From assembly GCA_965224465.1 (NCBI GenBank), contig OZ245049.1, positions 3,810,001-3,842,000 on the forward strand: a stretch of 32,000 nt of DNA, given 5' to 3'. Below, piece after piece: positions 7,762 to 17,695 of this stretch. The notes below the pieces were generated by a model that was not told where the DNA came from, did no database searches, and saw only the letters and a program-made list of their open reading frames with translations. Positions within the stretch are counted from its first letter, which is position 1. The number at the start of each line of letters is the position of its first letter. A program made the translations under genes and the position numbers. The stretch is from Flavobacteriaceae bacterium (GTDB lineage: Bacteria > Bacteroidota > Bacteroidia > Flavobacteriales > Flavobacteriaceae).

Positions 7762-7796
7762 AAATATTATTAAACCACAATTAACACCACAAAAGT

Positions 7797-10700
7797 ATGA
7801 AAAAAATCATATTTAATGGGGCGCTACATATAGTTCCCACTAAAATAAGTTTAAAAATGCGACTTACGACACTGTTACTGATAGTTTCACTGTTTAAGAT
7901 TCAGGCAAATACGTATTCTCAAAACACAAAAATTACGTTGAATTTAACAAACGTAACTGTATTGGATGTTTTGGAGAACATTGAATCTAAAAGTGAATTT
8001 AATTTTTTTTACAATAGCTCCGATTTTGATTTAAATAGAAGAGTTACCACACAAGTAAAAAAGAAATCTATCACTTATATTTTAGATCAACTATTTAAGA
8101 ATGTACCTGTTTTACATGCCGTTACAGATAGGCAAATTGTATTATATCCCAATCCGAATCCTAGTGTTCAAATAGAGCGTTCTGTGATTCGAAAAGCAAT
8201 AGAAATTAAAGGGATTGTAACAGATTCACAAGGGACTCCCTTGCCTGGGGTGAGTGTGGTTATTGTAGGGACAAGTAAAGGAGTAGAAACCGATTTTGAC
8301 GGGAATTTTACTATTGATGTGGATCTAGGAGATGTGTTAGAATTTTCATTTATTGGGATGAAAAAGGCGCGTGTTACTATAGGGATAAACACATTTATAA
8401 AAGTACAGTTAGAGGATGATGCAGCAGCACTGGAAGAAGTAGTTGTTGTGGGCTATGGCAGACAGAAAAAAGTAAATTTAACGGGAGCTGTAGGGATAGT
8501 CACAACAAAAGATATTGAAAACAAGCCCGTAACTAGTATTTCTAGCGCACTCCAAGGGACGGTTCCAGGAATGACTATTATTCAAAATAGTGGACAGCCA
8601 GGAAAAGATGGTGCGCAAATAAGAATACGTGGTATTGGGAGTTTAAATTCTTCTTCTAGCCCAATGATATTGGTGGATGGAATTCAATCTACTATGAATG
8701 ATATTGATCCAAATGATATTGCGAGTATATCAATTTTAAAAGATGCTGCTTCAGCCGCTATCTACGGAGTTAGAGCAGCGAATGGTGTCGTGTTAATTAC
8801 TACAAAAAAAGGAAGTAATACGCCTTTAAAACTCTCGTATAACTCATATGTTGGCTGGCAAAAAACCACACGTGAACCTAAAAAATTCTCATCAGCTGAG
8901 TATGCCGAGTTGTATAACGAAGCTTTGGTAAATTCTGGGAAACCTGTACTGTGGAGTAGCAGTGATATTTTGAAATTTAAAGACGGAAGTGATCCTGATA
9001 AATTTCCAAACACCAATTGGAGAGATTTGTTATATACGCAGTCGGGTATGCAACAGCAACATCACCTTAATGTTAAAGGAGGGAATAAAATATCACAATA
9101 TTCTTTTTCTATGGGGTATTTTAATCAGGAAGGTTTAATAAAAAATACAGCTACAAGAAGATATAATTTAAGAACTAATTTTAATCATAAAGTAAGTGAA
9201 AAACTGGATGTAGGAATGAATATTTCTTATAGTTTGACAAATACAATAGAGCCTACAAATCCATATGCAGGTGGATTAAGTCAAGTTATAAGACAGGTGA
9301 ATAGGATTGCTCCTTGGGTGCCTTATAAATACTCTGATGGTTCTTATGGTTATATTGGGGATGGGAATCCTATCGCTTGGTTAGAAAATGGAGGTACGAG
9401 TGATGTTGATTTATTAAGGAATACCATAATTGTGCATGGGGATTATAAAATACTTAAAGGACTTAAAGTGAGAGGACTAATGTCTTATAAAACCTTGTCT
9501 CATGTTATCGAGTCATTTACTAAAAGCATTCAGTTTTATGATTTTATATCTAAAGATCCTTCGTTATTTCAAGGGCCTAATGAGCAAAATGATTACCGTG
9601 CCAACACCTCTACCTTGGTTTTGAGGTATTTATTTGAATATGAAAAAGAAATAGAGGACCACACTATTAAAATATTAGCAGGGTACGAACAAGAAAACTA
9701 TAGGTTTGATTTTACCAGAGCTATTAGGAAGGATTTTTTAAATAATAAGCTTAAAGAAATTAATGCGGGATCAACTGATGGTCAAATTGGAAAAGGATCT
9801 GGGGAGGAATTGGCGTTGGAGTCTTATTTTGGAAGAATCAATTATGGCTATAAAGATACATATCTTTTAGAAGCAAATTTAAGACGTGATGGGTCTTCTA
9901 GATTTGCAAAAGATAATAGGTGGGGATTGTTTCCTGCTGTTTCTGCTGGATGGAGAATTTCTGAAGAAAGTTTTATGGAGGAATTGGAATATGTTTCCAG
10001 TTTAAAATTAAGAGCGTCTTGGGGATTGTTAGGGAATCAAAAGACTTCTTCTGGGTATTATCCTAGTATTTCAAGTGTTTCTTTGGGAGAAAATTATAAT
10101 TTTGGAGGAACAATTGCTCCAGGGGCATCCATTATAACGCCGGGAAATGCGGATATTCAATGGGAAACTACCGAGACCTATGATATTGGTTTAGACCTAT
10201 CATTATTGAATAATAGAATAACATTTTCTACAGATTATTTTAAAAAGAGAACAACCGATATTCTCTTGGATCTTCCTGTGTCAAAAATATTTGGGCTAAG
10301 TGCTCCAATTCAAAATGCGGGTACTGTAGAGAATAGTGGTTTTGAATTTCAGTTAGGTTTTAAAGGGAGATTGGATAAGGTTACCTATAATATTTCATCT
10401 AATATTTCATTTATAGATACAGAAATTATGGATTTAAAAGGTATAGATCCTGTTGTGAGAACCGGTGGAAGAACCGTTTGGGAAGTAGGCTTGCCTATAA
10501 ATACCTTTTATGGATATCAAAGTATGGGAATTTTTAATACAGCTGAGGAAGTGGCAAATCACGCGACCCAAAGAAGTGGAACCGGACCAGGGGACATTAT
10601 CTATAAAGATCAAAATAAGGATGGAAAGATCAATGGAGAAGATCGTGTAAGTTTAGGAAGTTGGGATCCAGGAATTACCTATAGTACAACCGTTAATTTG

Positions 10701-11156
10701 AATTATAAAAACGTTGATTTTAGTATTTTCCTACAAGGTGTTGCAGATGTAAAAGGATATGTTTGGGGAGAAGCTTTAGGTGGCATGAATGGATATACTT
10801 CAAATCCTTTAACTATTTATAAAGAGCGTTGGACGCCAGAAAATCACTCCAAAAAATTCCCGAGGTTATTGACAGCTTCAAATGTTCAAAATAGCCCAGG
10901 GAGAACTCCTTCTGATTTTTGGATACAAGATGCCTCTTATTTAAGATTAAAGAACCTTCAAATTGGATATAATATTCCGAAATATTTTTTGAAAAATTTG
11001 AATATTTCTAAGTTTAGATTTTATTATAGTGGGCAAAATTTAGTGACCTTAACTAATTTTATTGATGGTTTTGATCCAGAAGCTCCTGCAGGTACAAGAG
11101 GGAGCTACTACCCACAGGTAAAAACACATTCGTTAGGTATAAATGTTATATTTTAA
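7797..11156 (+). CDS. SusC/RagA-family TonB-dependent outer-membrane transporter with an N-terminal STN signalling domain
   Basis: 1119 aa. STN-like N-terminal extension (ITLNLTNVTVLDVLENIESKSEFNFFY...RQIVLYP). CarboxypepD_reg-like domain (IKGIVTDSQGTPLPGVSVVIVGTSKGVETDFDGNFTI). SusC plug signature (EEVVVVGYGRQKKVNLTGAV; ILKDAASAAIYGVRAANGVVLITTKKG). Terminal aromatic residue (...LGINVIF). Confidence 0.95.
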   Translation: MKKIIFNGALHIVPTKISLKMRLTTLLLIVSLFKIQANTYSQNTKITLNLTNVTVLDVLENIESKSEFNFFYNSSDFDLNRRVTTQVKKKSITYILDQLFKNVPVLHAVTDRQIVLYPNPNPSVQIERSVIRKAIEIKGIVTDSQGTPLPGVSVVIVGTSKGVETDFDGNFTIDVDLGDVLEFSFIGMKKARVTIGINTFIKVQLEDDAAALEEVVVVGYGRQKKVNLTGAVGIVTTKDIENKPVTSISSALQGTVPGMTIIQNSGQPGKDGAQIRIRGIGSLNSSSSPMILVDGIQSTMNDIDPNDIASISILKDAASAAIYGVRAANGVVLITTKKGSNTPLKLSYNSYVGWQKTTREPKKFSSAEYAELYNEALVNSGKPVLWSSSDILKFKDGSDPDKFPNTNWRDLLYTQSGMQQQHHLNVKGGNKISQYSFSMGYFNQEGLIKNTATRRYNLRTNFNHKVSEKLDVGMNISYSLTNTIEPTNPYAGGLSQVIRQVNRIAPWVPYKYSDGSYGYIGDGNPIAWLENGGTSDVDLLRNTIIVHGDYKILKGLKVRGLMSYKTLSHVIESFTKSIQFYDFISKDPSLFQGPNEQNDYRANTSTLVLRYLFEYEKEIEDHTIKILAGYEQENYRFDFTRAIRKDFLNNKLKEINAGSTDGQIGKGSGEELALESYFGRINYGYKDTYLLEANLRRDGSSRFAKDNRWGLFPAVSAGWRISEESFMEELEYVSSLKLRASWGLLGNQKTSSGYYPSISSVSLGENYNFGGTIAPGASIITPGNADIQWETTETYDIGLDLSLLNNRITFSTDYFKKRTTDILLDLPVSKIFGLSAPIQNAGTVENSGFEFQLGFKGRLDKVTYNISSNISFIDTEIMDLKGIDPVVRTGGRTVWEVGLPINTFYGYQSMGIFNTAEEVANHATQRSGTGPGDIIYKDQNKDGKINGEDRVSLGSWDPGITYSTTVNLNYKNVDFSIFLQGVADVKGYVWGEALGGMNGYTSNPLTIYKERWTPENHSKKFPRLLTASNVQNSPGRTPSDFWIQDASYLRLKNLQIGYNIPKYFLKNLNISKFRFYYSGQNLVTLTNFIDGFDPEAPAGTRGSYYPQVKTHSLGINVIF

Positions 11157-11159
11157 ATT

Positions 11160-12743
11160 ATGGAAAACATGAAAATTATTTTAAATTATAAAAGTATATT
11201 GTTTTTAGCGATCTTGTTCGTATTTGCCTCATGTGTGGATTTCGATAAAGAGCCTTTAGATGCTTTGTCTAAAGAAACATTTTGGTCCAATCAAAAAGAT
11301 GCAGTGACTGCTGTAAATGCGTGCTATAAAGGTTGGGAATCCGGAGGGAATATTATGTATTTGGATGCTGCTACAGATAATGCGTATAACCAATTCCCTT
11401 GGGAAGGGTATGCAGGTATTGGGAATGGTTCTTTTTCTCCAACGGATACTGGTGCAGCACGTTTTTCTTTTAAAACGATTAGAAAATGCAACGATGTATT
11501 AGAAAATATAGGAGGGATTGACATGGATGAAGCATTAAGAAACAGGCTGATTGGTGAAGTGCGTTTTTTAAGAGCGTATCAATATTTTATAATGACACAG
11601 TTTTATGGTGATATTCCTTTGGTTACAAGCGTTTTGACCTTGGACGAAGCAAATATGTCAAGAACATCAAAAACCGAAGTTGTTGCCTTTGTGATAAAAG
11701 AATTAGCAGAGGTGTCTCAAATGTTACCTCTTAGTTATTCAGGAGCTAACATGGGGAGGATAACAAAGGGAGCAGTACTAGGACTAAAAGCTCGAATGGA
11801 ATTGTTTGAAGAGAAATTTGAGGATGCTGCGACTACCGCAAAACAAATCATCAACCTTGGACGCTATAGCCTACTGCCAAGTTATATTGATTTATTTACC
11901 GAGGATTATGAAGATAATAACGAGGTTTTATTTGATGTTCAATATATAGAAAATGATTATTCAAACTGGTTACAAGGTGCTTTTTCTCCTGTTAAAGATG
12001 GTGGGTGGAGTTCTGTAACACCTACACAAAGCCTTGTAGATGCTTATGAATGTATCGACGGAAAAACAATTGTTGATTCTCCTCTGTATAATGTGGAACT
12101 GCCTTGTGCAAAAAGAGATCCTAGATTAGATGCAACCATCATATATCCTGGCGCAAAATGGGAAGGAAGATTTTACAATTCTATCGAAGAAGATTCTTCG
12201 GATTTCTACGAAAGGAATAATGCTTCTAAAACTGGATATAGCTCCAGAAAATACCTATATCCTTTGTCTGGATTTAATGATATGTGGAACAATGGGCTGA
12301 ATATTATGGCAATGAGATATGCAGAAGTACTGTTGATTTATGCAGAGGCTAAAGTAGAATCAAATCAAATGGATCATACAGTTATAGATGCATTAAATCA
12401 AATAAGAACAAGAGCAGGAATGCCTGTTGTTGACGAAGCTATTTATAACAATCAAACGAGTTTAAGAACTCTTATAAGACGTGAAAGAAGAGTAGAATTA
12501 GCAATGGAAGGTTTGCGTTGGTTTGATATTAAAAGATGGAAAATAGGAGAAGAGGTTTTAAGTAAACCTGTTACTGGATCAAGATTAGGAACAGTTAATT
12601 CCGATACTGGTGAAGTCAAATTTATTGGTTTAGATCATATTCAAGTAGAAAACAGAGTTTTTACGAGCCGTAATTATTTATGGCCTATTCCTCAATCAGA
12701 AATAGATATAAATTCAAATTTAACTCAGAACCCAGGCTACTAA
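11160..12743 (+). CDS. SusD/RagB-family nutrient-binding outer-membrane lipoprotein
   Basis: 527 aa, starting 3 nt after the susC-like stop. Lipoprotein signal (LFVFASC). SusD-type blocks: VRFLRAYQYF, MRYAEVLLIYAEA, IRRERRVELAMEGLRWFDIKRW, YLWPIPQSE. Confidence 0.95.
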   Translation: MENMKIILNYKSILFLAILFVFASCVDFDKEPLDALSKETFWSNQKDAVTAVNACYKGWESGGNIMYLDAATDNAYNQFPWEGYAGIGNGSFSPTDTGAARFSFKTIRKCNDVLENIGGIDMDEALRNRLIGEVRFLRAYQYFIMTQFYGDIPLVTSVLTLDEANMSRTSKTEVVAFVIKELAEVSQMLPLSYSGANMGRITKGAVLGLKARMELFEEKFEDAATTAKQIINLGRYSLLPSYIDLFTEDYEDNNEVLFDVQYIENDYSNWLQGAFSPVKDGGWSSVTPTQSLVDAYECIDGKTIVDSPLYNVELPCAKRDPRLDATIIYPGAKWEGRFYNSIEEDSSDFYERNNASKTGYSSRKYLYPLSGFNDMWNNGLNIMAMRYAEVLLIYAEAKVESNQMDHTVIDALNQIRTRAGMPVVDEAIYNNQTSLRTLIRRERRVELAMEGLRWFDIKRWKIGEEVLSKPVTGSRLGTVNSDTGEVKFIGLDHIQVENRVFTSRNYLWPIPQSEIDINSNLTQNPGY

Positions 12744-12755
12744 ATTGACATAGAT

Positions 12756-12796
12756 AAACCACCTGTTTAGATGATATCTAATGGGTGGTTTTTTTT
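12756..12796 (+). terminator. Rho-independent terminator after the SusD-like gene
   Basis: aaaccacctgtttagat...atctaatgggtggttt forms a long imperfect hairpin followed by a T8 run. Confidence 0.6.
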
Positions 12797-12839
12797 AGCT
12801 TAAAATTTAGAGGTCTATGAATGTAAAAAATGTATAGCA

Positions 12840-15356
12840 ATGAAAAACAATCAATTACGTATTATTTTGTACCTGTCTTTTGTGATTGTTCTTTTTACTC
12901 AATGTAAAAAAGTGACGCCACAGAACAAAACGTTATTTAATGCAGACTGGGAATTTATTCGATTGGATAAACAGGCAATTAATTCTGCTCAAATCCAAAA
13001 TCAAGGGACTGGCTGGAAGTCTCAATATAACGTAACTCATGTGGAGACTCATGATACTTTGAGTATTGACAAAGATGTATTAAAGAGAGAGTTTTCCCTT
13101 TTGGAATTTATTAAATGGGAAGCTATTACAATACCTCATACACCAAAAATTGAAGATTTAACAGTGCTAAAGCAATGGCAAGGGACTTGTTTTTATAGGA
13201 AAAAATTTAAAGCAGACCTGGACTGGAAAGAACACGTTTTATATATTGAATTTGAAGGTGCCATGCATTTGGCTGACATTTGGATCAATGGAAAACATGT
13301 TTTTCAACATGCAGGTGGGTATACCCCCTTTGTTATAGATGTTACAAGGGATTTAAATTTTGGAGTGTTTAATGAAATTATGGTTAGATTAGACAATAGG
13401 GACAATGCTCTAATCCCCCCGGGGAAACCAGTAAATAAATTGGACTTTAATTATTATGGAGGGATCTATCGCGATGTACATTTTATTATTAAAAATAAGA
13501 TTCACATAACACATCCATTATTAGCCAATGAAATAGCAGGAGGAGGGGTTTTTGTCAGCTATCCAGAAGTGACGAATAAAAAGGCATCAATACATATACA
13601 AACTCAGGTGCTTAACCAATTAGAAGTGTCGTCTGTTGTTGAAGTAAAACAAAAACTTATACAAATTGAGGGGCTTTTTAAAAACAGAAAAACAGGAATT
13701 GAAGTAGCTAGTACAAAAAAGTCTGTGCTCCTTTTAGCAGGGGAATCGTTACATGTTAAACAACAAATTTTGTTAAAAAATCCTAGGTTGTGGTCTCCAA
13801 ATGCACCTTATCTGTATGTATTAAAGACAGAAGTTATTAAAAATGGTGCAATTATAGACCGTGAGGAAAGACGTATTGGTATTCGGAAAATCAACTTTAC
13901 AAAAAAAAATGGATTCGAAATAAATGGAGAAAAAATAAGGTTGGTAGGAAGTAATAGACATATGGAATACCCATATATAGGCAATGCAATTTCCGATGAG
14001 GCACAATATAGAGATATGTACCATATCAAGGAAAGTGGATTTAATACGGTGAGATTGGGACATTATATACAAGACAAATCTGTATTAGATGCTTGTGATG
14101 AATTAGGGATTTTAGCCATTGAACCTATTCCTGGATGGCAATTTTTTAATGCAAATAAACAATTTTGTGACCTTAGCTATAGGGATATAAAATATATGAT
14201 TCGTAGGGATAGAAACCATCCTTCTATTATTATGTGGGAAGTGATTTTAAATGAAGCTTGGCCACCTACTTGGTGGAAAGATAAAGCGTATGCCGTTGCA
14301 CATGCAGAGTATCCAGGGAATCAGTTTTTTACTGCGGGTGATAGTTATGATTACTATGGATGGGATGTTCAATATAACGATTGGGAAGAGGGTTTTAAGA
14401 GACCAAATAATAGTGAAAAAGCGGGCTTTATAAGAGAGTATTATGATTACGAATTTGGAGGGCATTACAGTACAACTAGGGTTAAAAGAGGTGATGGAAA
14501 AAAGGCGCTTCAGCAAAATGCATGGAATGCCCAATGGTCTCATAATAGGTATAGAGCTATGTATCCTCAAACTTCGGGGGATGCAATTTGGAGTATGTAT
14601 GATTATAATAGAGGCTGTTGTGATAATATTTGTCTGAGTGGAATTGCAGATGTTTTTAGAATTAATAAGTTCAGTGTCCCTTTTTTTAAAAGTCAGATGT
14701 TTATAGGACAACCACTGCCTTCTGGACTGTTTAAACCATACATGTTTATTGCAGATTATTGGGATAAGGAGTTGGTTGATAATAAGATTGTAGTGTATGC
14801 CAATGTAGAAGAAGTGGCTTTGGAAATTAACGGAAAAGTAGTTGTGAAACAACAATGCGATGCCGGACCTAATAGTACGTATGGAAACGGAAAAGATTCG
14901 TGGCATGCTGGAGGGAATCCTTTTGATGGTGGGAATGTTATTAATTTAGAAAATCCTCCGTTTACTTTTAAAAATATAGCATGGGAAAAAGGAAGGTTAA
15001 GCGTGATTGGCTATATGGATGGAAAGCCCGTATCTACACATAAAATAGAGACTCCAGGAGTTCCTGCGAATTTAACAATCGATTATTTTGAGTCTGGAAA
15101 ACAGGCTTCTGTAAATGATGTTTTGATTGTTTATGTTAAAATTAAAGATGTAAATGCAACACTTTGTGTAAAAAATGCGTCTGAGATTGTTCTAAAAGTG
15201 ATTGAAGGAGGAGAAATAGTGGGGCCTGATAAGGTGAATGCGGAAGCTGGAATAGCTGCGTTTATTGTAAAAACAAATAATGTGAGTCAGTTAATTCTGA
15301 GTGCATCATCTGCATTTGCTCATAAAAAGAAAATGATTGCACTAAAAAACAAATAG
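12840..15356 (+). CDS. Glycoside hydrolase family 2 (beta-galactosidase / beta-glucuronidase-like) lipoprotein
   Basis: 838 aa. Lipoprotein signal (VLFTQC). GH2 sugar-binding block (FNADWEF...IEFEGAMHLADIWINGKHVFQHAGGYTPFVIDVT). TIM-barrel blocks (GSNRHMEYPYIGNA...GFNTVRLGHY, DRNHPSIIMWEVILNEA, FIREYYDYEFGG). Confidence 0.9.
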   Translation: MKNNQLRIILYLSFVIVLFTQCKKVTPQNKTLFNADWEFIRLDKQAINSAQIQNQGTGWKSQYNVTHVETHDTLSIDKDVLKREFSLLEFIKWEAITIPHTPKIEDLTVLKQWQGTCFYRKKFKADLDWKEHVLYIEFEGAMHLADIWINGKHVFQHAGGYTPFVIDVTRDLNFGVFNEIMVRLDNRDNALIPPGKPVNKLDFNYYGGIYRDVHFIIKNKIHITHPLLANEIAGGGVFVSYPEVTNKKASIHIQTQVLNQLEVSSVVEVKQKLIQIEGLFKNRKTGIEVASTKKSVLLLAGESLHVKQQILLKNPRLWSPNAPYLYVLKTEVIKNGAIIDREERRIGIRKINFTKKNGFEINGEKIRLVGSNRHMEYPYIGNAISDEAQYRDMYHIKESGFNTVRLGHYIQDKSVLDACDELGILAIEPIPGWQFFNANKQFCDLSYRDIKYMIRRDRNHPSIIMWEVILNEAWPPTWWKDKAYAVAHAEYPGNQFFTAGDSYDYYGWDVQYNDWEEGFKRPNNSEKAGFIREYYDYEFGGHYSTTRVKRGDGKKALQQNAWNAQWSHNRYRAMYPQTSGDAIWSMYDYNRGCCDNICLSGIADVFRINKFSVPFFKSQMFIGQPLPSGLFKPYMFIADYWDKELVDNKIVVYANVEEVALEINGKVVVKQQCDAGPNSTYGNGKDSWHAGGNPFDGGNVINLENPPFTFKNIAWEKGRLSVIGYMDGKPVSTHKIETPGVPANLTIDYFESGKQASVNDVLIVYVKIKDVNATLCVKNASEIVLKVIEGGEIVGPDKVNAEAGIAAFIVKTNNVSQLILSASSAFAHKKKMIALKNK

Positions 15357-15358
15357 TA

Positions 15359-15522
15359 ATACCAACTAAAATTCCAAGTGACGGTTTAGAAATGGAATTA
15401 ACTTTTGTTTTAGTTATGTAAAACAAAAGCTAAGGATAGCCTTAGTTATCGTTCTGTTTTTTAACAAGTCTAGCATGTAGAACAAACTATTTATATCGGT
15501 TATTTTGGATTTTAATAGGTAT
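15359..15522 (+). repeat. MITE-like interspersed repeat, copy 2 (164 bp, expanded centre)
   Basis: Starts 2 nt after the GH2 stop. It has the same ends and core blocks as copy 1. The centre carries two extra hairpins (cttttgtttta/taaaacaaaag and ctaagg/ccttag). Confidence 0.85.
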
Positions 15523-15945
15523 TGTTCCTCTGATTCTCTTGTTGATTTGTAGAATAAGAAAAATAATAGTGCACTAAAAAAGCAAGGTTTTCTACTTTTT
15601 TTTAAAATCTCAGTTGTGTAAAATATATTTGTAATGATATAAAAATGAAAAAGACTCGATTTATAGCAGTGTTTTGGGCTAAAAAGGCTTGAATGATTGC
15701 CCTGATATAAGAGTTGCTTATTTTTTGCGAGTGATAAGCGTATTTTGTACTTTTATCAAAATATACATTTGTTTTGCATTTCAAATTAGAGAAGGGATCC
15801 TTTTTACTAAAAACAGAATGGTTCTTTAGTGTATTTGATTTAGTCAAATTTTGAAGAGTACAAAACGCAAAGGTATAAAACAGAGTAGGAATAGGATTAA
15901 AGGCGTAAAATAAATCAGTAAAAACAGCTATAAAAAGCACAAATA

Positions 15946-17322
15946 ATGGACGTGAAGAAACTAGTTTTAGGGATGGCAATACTTGTAACTACCTTGTTAC
16001 AGGCTCAAGAAAAACCAAATATCATTTTAATTATGGCAGATGATTTGGGATGGGGAGATGTTGGATTTAACGGTCAGGATAAAATCAAAACACCTCATAT
16101 AGACCAATTGGCTAAAGAGGGAATTGTAATGAATAACTTTTATGCAGGGAGTGCTGTTTGTGGCCCGTCAAGAGCAAGTCTAATTACAGGGAAACACACA
16201 GGTCATGGTAGTGTAAGAGGCAATCCTAGATGGACCGCTTCAGGGAAGCCAGTAGATATTAAAGATCAAGAGATTACCTTGGCAGAAGAATTAAAGATGG
16301 CGGGTTATACCACAGGGATTATTGGGAAATGGGGCTTGGCAGAAAACTTAGGAGAAGGGAAGCCTAACAATCAGGGTTTTGACTATTTTTATGGATTCAA
16401 TCAACATTTGGCTGCACATCATTATTATCCAGATTCTATTTGGGAAAACAATAAAAAAGTGGTGATTAAAGGGAATAATTACAAACTTAAGGAAAAGCAT
16501 TATTCCCAAGATTTATTTACAGAAAAAGCTCAAAATTTTATTGAGAATAATAGTAAGAAACCTTTTTTCTTATACCTAGCCTATACAGTTCCTCATTTTG
16601 AATTGACTGTGCCTTCAGATTCTAAGAAACAATATGAGGACAAAGGATGGCCATTGCGAAAAATGAAACCAGGGCATTATTTACATGATTTAAATGGGCA
16701 TGTAACGTATGCGGCAATGGTTTCGAGAATGGATGGGTATATCGGTGATATTATGAAACAGTTAAAAGAATTGGGGATAGCAGATAATACGCTTGTTATT
16801 TTTACGAGTGATAATGGACATGAATACGATTCGTTGAGAAAAGAATTTTTTAACAGTAATGGCCCGTATAAAGGGATGAAAAGGGACTTGTATGAAGGTG
16901 GTATAAAAATGCCTTTTGTTGCAAAGTGGTCTGGAGTGATTGCTCCTGGAACTCGTAGCGATCATATTGCTGCTTTTTGGGATGTGTTGCCTACCTTTTG
17001 TGAGTTGGCAGGTGTTGAGGTGCGATCCAAAACGGATGGAATATCTTATTTGCCAGCGTTAAAAGGAAAACATCAAAAAAAACATGCATATCTCTATTGG
17101 GAATTTAATGAAGGACGTGGGCCTGTACAAGCATTAAGAAAAGGAGATTGGAAACTTGTAAAGAGATATCAGAAAGATATTGAATTGTACGATTTGTCCG
17201 TAGATCAAGGTGAACAAAACAATGTAGCACTTAGCCACCCAAGACGTTTGAAAAGGATGTTGAAAACATTAAAGAATGCACGTACAGAAAATGCAGAATT
17301 TCCATTGCGAAAACTGAATTAA
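15946..17322 (+). CDS. Cys-type (formylglycine-dependent) sulfatase, arylsulfatase family S1
   Basis: 458 aa. Signal peptide, metal-site block PNIILIMADDLGWGDVGFNG, C-x-P-S-R motif CGPSRASLITGK, and FTSDNGH. Confidence 0.92.
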   Translation: MDVKKLVLGMAILVTTLLQAQEKPNIILIMADDLGWGDVGFNGQDKIKTPHIDQLAKEGIVMNNFYAGSAVCGPSRASLITGKHTGHGSVRGNPRWTASGKPVDIKDQEITLAEELKMAGYTTGIIGKWGLAENLGEGKPNNQGFDYFYGFNQHLAAHHYYPDSIWENNKKVVIKGNNYKLKEKHYSQDLFTEKAQNFIENNSKKPFFLYLAYTVPHFELTVPSDSKKQYEDKGWPLRKMKPGHYLHDLNGHVTYAAMVSRMDGYIGDIMKQLKELGIADNTLVIFTSDNGHEYDSLRKEFFNSNGPYKGMKRDLYEGGIKMPFVAKWSGVIAPGTRSDHIAAFWDVLPTFCELAGVEVRSKTDGISYLPALKGKHQKKHAYLYWEFNEGRGPVQALRKGDWKLVKRYQKDIELYDLSVDQGEQNNVALSHPRRLKRMLKTLKNARTENAEFPLRKLN

Positions 17323-17410
17323 TTTTTCGCTTCTTTATACAAAACAAGACTCCCTAATAAAGGACAGAACACTGCGAAAAAAAAACGCACTCATAGCAAT
17401 ATCAAAAAAC

Positions 17411-17443
17411 AAAAAAACGCCCCTTATAACAAGGGGCGTTTTT
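17411..17443. terminator. Bidirectional rho-independent terminator between convergent transcription units
   Basis: acgcccctt-ataac-aaggggcgt forms a 9-bp GC-rich stem flanked by an A7 run upstream and a T-run downstream. Confidence 0.7.
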
Positions 17444-17450
17444 AAATATA

Positions 17451-17579
17451 ATACCAACTACATTTCCAAGGGATGTTTTAGAAATGGAATTATAGCCTTA
17501 GCTATTGTTCTGTTTTTCAACAACGCTAGCACGTAAAATAAACTATTTATATTGGTTGTTTTGGAGTGTAATTGGTATA
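17451..17579 (+). repeat. MITE-like interspersed repeat, copy 3 (129 bp)
   Basis: ATACCAACTACATTTCCAAGG...TTAGAAATGGAATTA...AAATAAACTATTTATATTGGTTGTTTTGGAGTGTAATTGGTATA. A by-eye alignment to copy 1 gives roughly four-fifths identity. Confidence 0.85.
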
Positions 17580-17695
17580 ATGTTCTATTAAATGGTATCT
17601 CTTTCACTATCTATTTGTAAAAATAGCTTAGCATAACAAAGGCTATGCTAAGTTATTTTAACTTTGATATTGTAACTACTAATTTAATTTCAACC

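Noticed and set aside
7574-7780. 68-aa minus-strand ORF overlapping repeat copy 1
   Set aside because: The ORF is not preserved in the other three copies, whose length differences (31, 4 and 28 bp) are not multiples of three. It is therefore a by-product of the repeat sequence.
13901-13909. A8-A9 homopolymers inside CDSs (GH2 13901-13909; DUF5686-like 25461-25468 and 25710-25718) as possible phase-variation tracts
   Set aside because: They encode in-frame Lys runs in an AT-rich genome and recur in unrelated genes. All frames are intact, so there is no evidence of switching. Only the 2076-2090 tracts coincide with an actual frameshift.
14247-14906. 219-aa minus-strand ORF, plus small + strand ORFs at 14251-14637
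   Set aside because: They are antisense or out of frame within the GH2 TIM-barrel region. The sequence is Ile/Phe/Ser-rich low complexity, and the GH2 frame carries the conserved catalytic blocks.
15602-15979. 125-aa minus-strand ORF upstream of and overlapping the sulfatase start
   Set aside because: It has low-complexity hydrophobic/Phe-rich composition, overlaps the well-supported sulfatase start and signal peptide, and has no motif.
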